A stretch of DNA of 64,000 bases from Phoronis australis (lineage: Eukaryota; Animalia; Phoronida): the NCBI GenBank assembly GCA_002633005.1, contig NMRA01000021.1, forward strand, positions 1,113,119 to 1,177,118. The letters run 5' to 3'. Shown one piece after another: positions 39,995-56,000 of the stretch. How positions within the stretch are numbered: position 1 is the first letter of the stretch; every line of letters begins with the position of its first letter. The notes below the pieces were generated by a model. That model did not search any database and had not been told where the DNA came from. It saw only the letters and a list, made by a program, of their open reading frames with translations. A program made the position numbers and the translations under genes.

Positions 39995-42165
39995 TACAAG
40001 AGATACGCGGAGCGTTGAAATGTGCCCACGAATGCATTGCAAATGATGTGCTTTTAGGGTTATTTATTTGTATCATAAAAATGGCCTCTTAGATAGCGCA
40101 AAAACATACAATCCATTCAAAAACAGGAACATGCCACATTTTATAAAAATCTGCCAAGTACCTTCAGAGAAACCAAGGAAAACAATAAAATGAAATTGCC
40201 ACTAGTGGGCACAGTGTCCGTTAGATCCGCCTGAAAGTCGTCGTCATCTGTAAAGATCCTGCAGTAAAATAGGAGATACAACTATGGGCGCGAAACAAAA
40301 CTACCACTAGGAGGCACCACAGTAGTCAGTCACCATCATCAAAGGTCATGTTCACACTGAGAACATATGCCAATTTTCAAATGATTTGGTTGAGGGCTGT
40401 TCCAGTAAAAACCGTGTGGGGGGGGGGACGGCAGTAGAAATAAAAATTCATGGGTGGTGGTCTTCAGAAAAAAAACTCAAATTATGGGTGGTCGTTCCTG
40501 TAAGAAGTGATGCATTAAAAATGGTTGGTATTTTTTGATCTGTTAACCTTGACAGGTTGGTTAATTCAGCCAACACATCTCCAAAGAAATCAAAACTCAA
40601 AAATGCGATTGGCATATATCCCAACTTATCCCAATACAAAAAAGCCCATATTGCCAGTGAACAGAGTGCAATATGATCACTAAGCCATTAATCAAGTCAT
40701 GGGCAACTTGATTTGACCCAAGTGCTTGTCTGCAGTCCTATTGAATTGAAAAGTTATGCAACACTAAACTGGTGTTGACACATATAAGAAAATTGATGAT
40801 TTTTAAATAAAAAGTATGAGGAGTAAGATAAACAAGTTCCAATATTCACTTGACATAGAAGTATAAAAGAGTTTGTGGAGACAGTTTGAGATTCATAGAT
40901 GCTTATAATTGAAAAAATGTTCATTGAAATTATAGTCACATGGTGAACAGAGACACCTGGTGGCTGCCAAAAGTATTGTTCACAGGCTACTTTAATTTTT
41001 GACAATGTTGGACAAGACAACTAGTTCTTGTCTGTCAATCATCTAAGTTCTTAACAGGTCCTCCTAGAGGCAATTTGTTTGCAAGTGTTGGATTTTATAT
41101 TCTAACCTATTAAAAATAATTAAAATATTATGGGTCATGGGTTGGAGAAATAAATGAAAAATATGGGCGGTGGGTACGAAATAAAAGTGCCTTCCCCCCC
41201 CTCCCATACAGATTTTGCTGGAACAGCCCTGATACAGGGGTGGACACTAAAAACAAGATTTGAAAACAGCAAAAAATGGCCAGTAGGTGGTGCAAAATAC
41301 CTAAGTACCATCCAAAAACAGGAAGGTAGCGTCATCACACCAATAGATGCCAATATTTAAAATTTTATGAAAATCTGTTGAGGACCTTTGAAGATACTGA
41401 GTTAAACGTAAAAAAATTAAAATTGCCACTAGGGGGCACAGAAGTAGTCAGATCTGTCCGAAAGTCGTCATCATCCGTAGTCAACATCATATAAATACAC
41501 TTGCTAAATTAAGTAAAGATCCTACGAATAGTTTAGGAGATACAGCCATAGGCGCAACAAAAACAAAACTGCCACTAGGTGCCACAGTAGTCGAAATCGT
41601 CGGAAAATCGTCAACTGTTCTCTTTGTAGTAAGCACATACATTTCGCAATCGAAAACAGTAAAAATGGTCACTACGTGGCGCAAACTACGTCGAGTCCAT
41701 CCGAAAACGGGAGGATAGCGTCACCTCACAAAGGTGCCTACATATAAGATTTCACTAGAAGTGCCACAGTAGTCAAAATCGTCCTCTTCATAGTAAGCAT
41801 ATAAATGCCAATTTTCACAATCATCCTTTAAGCAGTTTGGTTGATAGAGGGGTGGACGCAAAAAACAACTCGAAAACAGTAAAAATGGCTACTAGGTGGC
41901 GCAAACTACGTCGAATCCATCCGAAAATGGGAGGATAGCGTCATCTCACTAATAGAAGCCTACATACCGAATTTCATGAAAATCCATTCACGACTTTTGA
42001 AGATACAAAAGCGTAAAAAACTAAAATTGCCACTAGGGGGCACACCGGTAGTCGGATCCGTCCGAAAGTTCGCTCATATGTGCCAAATTTCATGAACGCA
42101 AGTCAAAGGGTTTTGGAGATAGAGCAGCGGACACCAGACGGACGGAGACGACGGCATAATGCGTC
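39995..42165 (-). mobile_element. HINE/DINE-1-like element, copy 2, interrupted by a MITE
   Basis: Same repeat units as copies 1 and 3; CCGTCCGTCT microsatellite vestige near 42135-42155; split by the MITE at 40394-41229. Confidence 0.65.
40394..41229 (+). mobile_element. PIF/Harbinger-type MITE, copy 1
   Basis: TIR GGGCTGTTCCAG...CTGGAACAGCCC with 3-bp TSD TGA. Confidence 0.85.
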
Positions 42166-42929
42166 CACTGACTTAGTCATCAAAGAACCATGTTCACTAA
42201 ACACTACGCTCAGCGAATTAAAATTGCACACTGGGACAAGTCAATTTGTAGAGCCTAGTTTTGAGCAATAATGAGCTTTCAGTTTTATCAAGACCAGAGG
42301 TAGTATATCATCAACTTTACCGAAGCAATAGAGACCAATTTCATGTCACTTAGTCTAAATTGAAAGCTTCTTACTTTGAAAGATCCTAGTGCAGTTAGAG
42401 AGGGGAAGACCAACCATCCCCAGCACAGAGATAAGTTTAATAGACAAAATACTGTTTTCACCATCACTACGACCACTTATCTCAACAGTAAAAATTACTC
42501 GTAACTGATTTGGGGGTAGTAAAATTATAATTACATAATGTCTTAGCCACTAAAACTACCTTTTCAGTCAAGTCCTCTTCATTTTTTATCATAAGGGACG
42601 ACCACTCAGACGATGAATTCAGCTGCCGTTATTATTGCAGATTTCCGGTAATTTTGTTCATAACTACTTTTGGCTTGTACTTTAGGTATGTGAACGTGTC
42701 AGTGGCGGATTTAAGGTGGGGGATCAAGGGGCCATGCCCCATAAAATTCTCCCATATTCCAGATGGCACTTCGACAAAATCTTGGCTAATACTGTGCCCT
42801 GGGCCTACCCTAACTCAAAATCCTGGATCCGTCCCTGCGTCTAGTCCTATTTAAGTAAACAAACCATGGTAATTAGGTGATAATTGTTATTATTACCACA
42901 TTGATTTTTTTACAATAATTATGTGAATT

Positions 42930-46888
<3,959 letters not shown>

Positions 46889-46984
46889 GTTGGATGGTCT
46901 CGCTTTAAAAAGGAAGACCACGTGGGATTTGACGAGAATATACGGGATTTAGGTCACATGATTTCAAGGACGATCAATAGAATT
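46889..46984. promoter_or_regulatory. Compact bidirectional promoter of RPS23 and ATP6AP1
   Basis: TOP/TCT tract TCTTCCTTTTT on the minus strand (46907-46917), E-box CACGTG (46919-46924) and CLEAR/M-box-like GTCACATGAT (46953-46962). Confidence 0.8.
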
Positions 46985-47085
46985 ATGGAGAAGTTACTTG
47001 CTCGTTTTCTGTTGCTTTGTAGTGTATTTTCGGGTGTTACACTTGGGTTCTCACCAGTTCCTGTCTTGCTATGGCGAGATTCAAT
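46985..47085 (+). CDS. ATP6AP1: ATP6AP1 exon 1 (signal peptide)
   Basis: MEKLLARFLLLCSVFSGVTLGFSPVPVLLWRDS, donor gtacgt, phase 2. Confidence 0.88.
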
Positions 47086-50000
47086 GTACGTGAGTCTAAT
47101 AGGATCGTTTTAGTTTATTATCTGAGCCCTGCTTGTGTTACTATTCGATTATATACATTGTTTGCAATCCCCGACAAGTGAACTAGCCGACTCGTCATTC
47201 GTGAGTAGTGGCCCATCCTGAAACCAGTGCTACTCACGTGTGTTGGCTCGTCTAATGCCTATGGTTTCAAAATTGAAGAACTGCATTGTAGTTGTGTAAT
47301 TGTTTAAAATATGACGACATTGATCTACACTCATGATTTTGGTGTCGTTGGATTCCTCGCAAGGTTATCTTTCCAAAGCTTTACCGATACCGACCCGTAA
47401 TTTTCAGAAATATTCATAAGTAATCATATTCTGTTGTTCAAACAGTCATTCCCAAGGCCAAGGATTCAGATTCCTATGCCCTATGGTAATCATAGTAATC
47501 ATCCACTAACCAGAACCTGCAAAAATCGTTGTTTTCAAGGTTCAAATTCGTGAAAAGTGTATCAGGGAGCACTTTGTGGAAAAGTGGTCAAATGATCACA
47601 ATTCTAAACTAAAATTTTTTGGAAAAGTGTGAAATGCTGGTCTTTGTTGCTTCATGTTATCTGTAGTGAAAAATTGCATAATCCAAATTTAGAACCCGTA
47701 CCTCTTGCTTCAATACCAGGTGTCCTAANNNNNNNNNNNNNNNNNNNNNNNNNNNNNNNNNNNNNNNNNNNNNNNNNNNNNNNNNNNNNNNNNNNNNNNN
47801 NNNNNNNNNNNNNNNNNNNNNNNNNNNNNNNNNNNNNNNNNNNNNNNNNNNNNNNNNNNNNNNNNNNNNNNNNNNNNNNNNNNNNNNNNNNNNNNNNNNN
47901 NNNNNNNNNNNNNNNNNNNNNNNNNNNNNNNNNNNNNNNNNNNNNNNNNNNNNNNNNNNNNNNNNNNNNNNNNNNNNNNNNNNNNNNNNNNNNNNNNNNN
48001 NNNNNNNNNNNNNNNNNNNNNNNNNNNNNNNNNNNNNNNNNNNNGAGCAAACTCGCGATTACCCGAGTTAGTTTGAATCGTTAACGACTTTGATGACGGC
48101 CAGTAGCAGACCAGATCTAACAAAATCCCGGATACTTTTTCAACGGGCATTTTCTCCCTTTTCACATTGCAAATTTAGCTACTCGAATGCACAAGTCAGT
48201 TAGAGAGCACTGATTCAACTTTCACGCCGGCAACTTGCCTTGCGCTCTAAAGACTTTCAATGGCGGTCGTGAAGAACCGTAAGGCCGTACCTGCATGAAT
48301 GAAGTCAATTTTGAGATCTGAAATTTGTGAGTATTTAACGCTGCAGGTGAGAGCATAATCTAAACATTTTTTCGATGATCTAAACGATCTATTATGGCGC
48401 GTAAAAATGGCGGGAAAATTTTGCGACCTGGCATTTACGAATGCGAGCTGGATTTTGAAAATTCGACCTGGGATTTTGGCTAGGTCGCAAAATGCGACCT
48501 GGCGATTTTAATAGCGTCGAGCCCTGCCTAAGCAATCTACCAAAGAGCTATTGCACCTACACGAGTGATTAAGAGTGACATGTTTATTACTGTACTCACA
48601 GTAGATTCACCACACTCTTCCCAATACGTACTGTTGTTGGGCGCCAATGTAGTGAAAAATCACTTAGTCCAAGTTTCAAACCCGGTACCTCTTGCTTCAA
48701 TGCCATTCGTCCTAACCAGTCGACCAAAGAGCAATTGCCCGTAGGCGAGTGATTAAGAGTGGCCTTCATATTACTGCATGGACTGCAGGTTCAGTCCACA
48801 TACCTCAAGAAAACTTTAGGGGTATCTTGTAGGCAAGCACCATTCAGAATTAATGATGCTGTTTCATTCGTTAGCTAGAGGTGTCACTGTAATCTTGAGT
48901 TGAGTGAGCATGTCGTGTCAACCAGGAAATAGTGCAAACAGAAATTTGACGATAAAATATTGAGGAAATGCGGCAGGAGACACATCGAATTTCATGTATT
49001 TTTGGAATGAGAACAATAGGCAGAATCGAATCATACTAAAACATGTGTAGGCTAATGTCGTCATATTGTAAAACAATTAGCTATTGATAATTTAGAGGAG
49101 GCAGCGTGGTCTTGTGTGATAGATACCTGCTTTCTTTACTCGAGGTCCTGCGTTCAAATCCCACCAGGTCACACTGCGAAACCTTGAGTCAGGTTTCTAG
49201 CTCCTCGGGTCGGTTTTAACTATATGGTAATAAAGCATAAAAATGGTTTCAGGTGGTCAGTGCAATGGGCCCACATGCGCGACCTGCGCACCTCTGGTAC
49301 AATTATTTTTATATATTGATAGACCGTTTAATTTACGTTTTATCTACATAAGTCTTGTCGTAAATTACGTGTGAAAGTCTGATGTAAAAAGACGAGGTTA
49401 TGATATGTCTTTTCCTATTTTAATCAAAGTGACAACTGAAGTCAGCTGCTGTGTGGAATTGAATCAGGAACTCTCAAAGTTGCAGTCACATGCTTTGCGA
49501 TAGTACTCATTTGGCGGCCAGCAGGTTGCCAATGCAACCTCAGATTGTGTTTGGTGACCTGGGAAAAATTCCAAGTTGCCACGAAGTCGCCAGTGCGAGT
49601 ATTGAAGTCGGACAATAATTCCCTCAAATTCATTTTGTTCGTGTTGACTTCCAGTCAAATGCTTTGGCTAAGCTAAATCTTACTCAGTAATGGAAGAGAA
49701 TTTTAATTACAAAAACTGGTTAAGTCTCTCGCTTTGATTTCAGCAAATGTCTCAAAGCAAATGCAAGAATTGCCAATTTGTTATAAAATCATAAAAACTA
49801 AAAGCTAATAACTTCAAAGATCTATTTCTCAAACAATAATGCCAGAAATGTACATTTAACTGGACAGTTTGAAATGTTTTAGATATAATTCCAAGTGCAT
49901 ATGTTCTTCCTTATTTCAGAGTTCCAACTGTATTTAAGCCTGCCTTGGCTGGACATACTCTTTCTTCAAAGCAGTTTGAATCTCGCTATTTGGAAACGGT

Positions 50001-53000
50001 GTTCCATTCAGAAGCCAGCAGCATTGTGATATTCACGCAAAATGAGGTACAGATACTATGGAGTCTGTATTTATTTAAAAAATGGAGGATCGCCGCACAA
50101 ATGAAAAAATTCATGTTAATTCAACGTTTCGTGTGGCGGTTGTCCGTTTTTTAATCTTACTATGGCCAAAAACTATTTATTTAGTGACTGGAGAACTCTG
50201 TTTAAATTAACATTGGAAGCAACTTGATGTTCGAAGCTGTGCTTTTATACACAGACCTTATGTTTCTAAAAAGTACATCAGTAGACCAAAGGCAGAGATA
50301 ATTTTAGGAGTGTGCCTCATGAGTTCGATGTATTCTGCACCATCTAATGTCCATTTTAGTGAGACTAAAAATAACTTCTATAAGTACACCATTGGGGTGC
50401 AGTCGTGAGTGCATCTCAACGCTCTGCGTTGTTCTTGTTGCTATTGACAACATTAGCCATCACAACAGAAAAACTACCAAAAATACTATTTTTCTGATTA
50501 CTTTTAAGTCTCATGATCCTGTATACGCATCACTTCCAATGTAACCCGTTTTGACAAATAACTCGCCTCTTTTTTCCAGCTGAGTTTAGAAGATTTTACT
50601 AAATATGGCAACGTGTACAGCAGTGGAGATAGTGATGTCTTTAAAAACGTAAAGGTAAGGAAGCAGCACTTTGATAGTTGTTTCACGGGGTATTCTTACA
50701 GAGCAAACATTAACCCTCGGGAGGATAAAATTATGTCTAAAAGCCTGCGGAACAAGAGTACGCTCAGGTGATCTGATACAACTTGTGCATCAGACGTGTG
50801 TAGGCCACAAGTGAAGCACTGGATTTTAGTTCGCCACATTCTAGCAGAGACGTTATTTTATTAGGGCTGTTCCAGCAAAATCTGTATGGGAGGGGGGGGG
50901 AAGGCACTTTTATTTCATACCCACCGCCCGTATTTTTCATTTATTTCTCCGACCCATGACCCATAATTTTTTAATTATTTTTAATAGGTTAAAATATAAA
51001 ATCCAACACTTGCAAACAAATTGCCTCCAGGAGGACCTGTTAAGAACTCAGATGACTGACAGACAAGAACTAGTTGTCTTGTCCAATATTGTCAAAAACT
51101 AAAGTAGCCTGTGAGCAATACTTTTGGCAGCCACCAGGTGTCTCTGTTCACCATGTGTCTATAATTTCAATGAACATTTTTTCATTTATAAGGATCTATG
51201 AATCTCAAACTGTCTCCACGAACTCTTCTATACTTCTATGTCAAGTGAATATTGGAACTTGTTTATCTTACTCCTCATACTTTTTATTTAAAAATCATCA
51301 ATTTTCTTATATGTGTTAACACCAGTTCAGTGTTGCATAACTTTTCAATTCAATAGGACTGCAGACAAACAGTTGGCTCAAATCGAGTTGCCCATGACTT
51401 GATTAATGGCTTAGTGAACATATTGCACTCTGTTCACTGGCAATATGGGCTTTTTTGTATTTGGATAAGTTAGGACAATTGCATTTATTTTTGAGTTTTT
51501 ACGGCTGAAGTAACCAACCTATCGACATTAACAGGTCAAAAAATACCACCCATTTTTAATGCATCACTTCTTACAGGAACGACCGCCCATAATTTGATTT
51601 TTTTTCTGAAGACCACCACCCATGAATTTTTATTTCTACTGCCGTCCCCCCCCTCCCACACGGATTTTACTGGAACAGCCCTTAGCCAAAAAAGCCAGAG
51701 TGCAGGGTTACCCCTGCATGTAAACTTCTGGGTGGCCCGCCACACTCCTTTTTGGTGCCGTCACTCATAAATCATACTCAAATTGACCGCCACACACCTA
51801 ATCATGACGGGGAAACTTAACCGCCACGCAAAAATCACTGGTAAAATGATCGCTTGCAAAAATGATCGCTAGCAAAAATGATCGCTAGTATAAATGATCG
51901 CTAGTAACAATGAATAAGTATAAGTCACACGACACATTTTTCTGTTTGTGCATCGAAAGGGAAAATAATAATTTTACAATGGGATCTTGAATTATGCCCC
52001 GTTAAACACGGTCATTTAATCCCCAGTCTCCTTTCGTACCTTGTTTCTGCCTGGTTATCCGACAATGCATATATACTTAATACAGCCGGGACCAGGCAAC
52101 GACTTCGATACGAATTTTCTAAAAATAAATGGGAAAGCGCCTGGGCTCACTAATGAAGTAAGAAACAGTAAGATTTCTGCTTCACTCATTTTATCGCGTC
52201 TGAGTTTACAAAAGACATTGTGAATTATACTGCAGGGTGTGACATCCAACTGTTTAATCAACCATAGCCCTGCGCCAAAATGACAACATTGAATGTTAAC
52301 CAGTCTCAGATTCGTCTGCATGGACTGGATTATTACGTCGTCTGCTATGCCGGCCAACGCAAATCCACTATCACTGATTTATGTTTAGCAAGACGGTATC
52401 AACGGAAGTTTCGTTACACTAATTAGTTTATTACGTCTACAAAGCTCAGATATTTTTGTTCTATGTTTGTCACTTCGTGGATAACTGAATTTTAACACTG
52501 TTTTTTTGTACTAAAGTGCGACAGAGATCACACTGTGCTGGACATTTCATTGCCAAATTGTATTGCAAAGTGTTCTTTACCCAGATACTTCCACTACATG
52601 ATGCTTGGGTTAAGGTCTTGTCTATGTTGTCTATGATGAGCAAACTGCACCCAATTACATCTAATTTTCAAATTTTGCCTGGGGAAGGTCATCTCATGCT
52701 CGCATGTGGTGCCGGGTTCCGCATCCGCGTCTAGCATTCACCACCACGCTCCTTTCGAAACCCAGCTAATAGGGGTATCCCATTTCTCATATTCGCGTGC
52801 AACAACGGGCTTTGCACCCCGTTTTGGCCATTCACCACCACACTCCTTGCAAAATCCATGGGAAACACTGAGAGTGCACATAAGGGAGTGTAGTCTCTGT
52901 GGTTAAACTCTTCAACATTCCCCAAATTTCATTAAAAATGGGCACCAATACTTTCGCTAAGCTAAAATTTTAGTCGCACATTGGTTGCTTGTAGGAACGA

Positions 53001-56000
53001 GGGCATCCGTATGTTGATAATACAAGATTCATAGTGGCCATTTTACAATATAGCAACGACATTGTGAAATACTCTTTCAGCTAGACGGTGGTAGATCTAT
53101 TTGTGGACAGAGTTGCTGCATTTTGGAATGAGGATTTAATGCTGTGTAGGATTCCTCAGCAATTTTACGAATTCTGTATGACCATTATGCCACTGCCGAC
53201 TGGTGGGATACTATTCACATCAAAAAGGTGCAGTGTCTCAAAATGTCCATGAATGAAAGAAATTGTCGATTATCCCTTTCACCTCTACCTGTCTTGCAAG
53301 CCAGAATTTGAAATTAGGCCATGTGAAGGACACATTATTTTGTGCTCTTACAAAACAAAGGAATTGTATGTAGAATGTCTTCTGTTGACAGGATGCATTT
53401 ATTGATGTGTCCTGACATATATTCGGCACTGCCAAATGTACGAGTCTAAGATGTTCGTCATAGGCTTTTAAAATTACCTTTCGTTGCTTACTTTTCTCAG
53501 AAATACATGATGGAGCCTTCCTCTATCAGCATTCCAGCCGTGGTCAGTCCCTTACGTGATCTTCAGTTCTGGATCAAGCAGTTTCAGGGAACCGTCACAC
53601 GAGTTAACTCGGAAGATGAGGCTGCCAAGCTCCGCCTCCAATCGGGACGTAATTTAATCATAGTGACATTACCTTCAGGACACGGGAGTAGGAGCGATGA
53701 GCTCACTACTAATGGTATGTCAGTTTGCTTTAATTCAGAGTGCCTTTGATAGTGATTTTTACCTTTCAAAACCAGATATTTTGTTGGTCTGAATCCCAGG
53801 ATATGGTAGAATGTCCTTAGAGGGAGTCAGTAGTAGCTTTGAAGCACAATGTCTAAAGCTCTAGTCTTGAGGCATGAATTTCCTTGAGGATTTACTACTA
53901 TTTTTGATTTTCTGCATAGTTTTTTCAATAACTGCGTTAAAGATACTCTCATCACATTAAAACCTGTAATGTTTGAATTCCTGTGGAAAAGAAACATGTC
54001 ATGCATGAATTTCGCTTGGCATGAAAATTGTAAAAAACATAACTGAAAATTCAGTATCTCAAGATTTGGTTGCAATCTAGAATGACTGTTGGAGTAACAT
54101 AATATTGAAATTGGTTGGCGTTCTATTGGGGAAATGTTGAAGCCTGTTCTATCACAGTGGTTTTGTGAGTTTTCATTTCATTTAAATAAACGATAGAATT
54201 ATGACCAAGTCCTCAGAATAAGTGCAATAGATAATGTATTTCGTCCTTAAATTCTTGCTGCGGATAACTTGACAACTTGACAAAAGTTTTTAGATCGCCC
54301 AATCCTGAGGTTCATTTCTGTTTTTTATGAAAGCTTAGTCATTATCAGTTTTCAGCATCTGCCAAAGGTATTCATGAAATAGGCGCGTGCTCAAATGAAC
54401 TAGACTCATAAATCATTTTTCAATGGCTTGGGCAGTTTGGTCCTTCTCTAACCATTAATTAAATTTGCACGAGGCTTGCACGAGATTTCAAATTCCACTG
54501 TACTACAATGGGTTCAGGATACTGGAATACTGTGGTAGTTTGTACAAGGATGAGTTGATTTATATAGTTCAAGGTTTTTTGTGTAATTTGACAATATTGT
54601 TGCTTGCAGACAAAGTCGTCGGCACGGTCATTGATATAGTAGGCTCTAACTTTGTAGCCCTCTATACTGGTCAACAACCCTCGGATGTAAGTTGTTGCTT
54701 TTAATCTCAATAGTGAGCTGTCATATTGTAATTTCTTGGAAATGTGGAATGCCCTTACAGACTTGCTAAGCATTAGAACTTTATAATGGAAGTGAAACCG
54801 AGTCACCAGGTGGCGAGACCGTCTCGTCAGCAAGAACTGTCCAGCAACATGTCGTGGAAATCGACAACATTTTGTGTGTGTGAGGCTGCTCAAAAATACT
54901 TTCGAGAAAAGAAAGAAGTGGAAGCTATCAAAAGCAGAAAAAGTCACTTGTCATTGCTTTGATGTGCCCTGCTTTGTTTGGAGATAATCTCATAGCATCT
55001 AAGTATGGTAATGCACTAGTGTTGACTTCTGAAGTACGTAAATGGATTGGAACCTTCATCACTCTCTACAAACCACTTAACAACACACAATGAGGTTTGC
55101 CTTGCACAGAATTCCAGTAGTGCATGGTAAGTTTGCCTCTGCGTGTTTGTAGGTCCACTTTGTGGCCAGTGCTTTGTGTCTCGCAGCATGGGTTCCATTG
55201 TCATTCCTGTAAGTGATCAGAATGCTAACTAGACATACTTTAGTGTAGGCTAATTGTAAAAAGATAATTTTCCACAGCAAATTTTGATAACCAACATTTC
55301 TTATCAAATTAACCATCAACATTATGTGGAATTTCAGCTCTATTACTTTCCCGAGTCGGAGTTCAGCGGTCGCCACCTGCTGGCCGTTGATGAAACGGCA
55401 GACACAAACCAAACATACACTCTGATCAACAAGACGGGCTGCCCTCTTGTTTACTTCACTGAGCTCCAACTCATGTACCGCGACAATACTGCAGACTTGA
55501 ACTGTGCAGTCAAAGTACCAAACTTCATATTGAATGACAATGTGAAGTGTTCCAACGACAGTGGTGCAATAAAGTAAGTGACGCAGTGGGTTTTGGATGG
55601 TAGCCAGATTTCCTTTCTCATGAACCACGTAGCTGCTTTAACCGTCAGAATTCGTGAACTCTACTCTTTTCTCACAATTTGTGCTTTTCGTGCACTAAAT
55701 ATTTTTCTGTAAGTTTTACATGTCCTTCATCACATGTTTTTTTTCTGAAAACAAGATTGTTTCCTTACAAACCAGTAGGATGGTCCGTGATGCATATTTT
55801 TGTGTCAAAAAGTCAAATATGAATTATTTAAGTAATAGCTTTTGTCTAAGTCTCCAATGACTGCTGGTTATGAGCGCTGTTCTCTGGTTGACAGCCATTC
55901 TTTTAGTGACAAAAATTAAGTATGTTTTAGGCTCTATTTTTTTTTGAAAATCTCTCACTTGTGTAACTTTTCACTTGATGTATAATTGCTGAGGTTTAGT

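Noticed and set aside
47629-48165. Long ORFs in the ORF track
   Set aside because: They consist of X residues across the N gap.
49095-49180. Genuine tRNA gene
   Set aside because: Acceptor and anticodon stems do not close; it is a SINE head.
54459-55628. 162-aa and 183-aa minus-strand ORFs
   Set aside because: Antisense shadows over ATP6AP1 exons 5 and 6.
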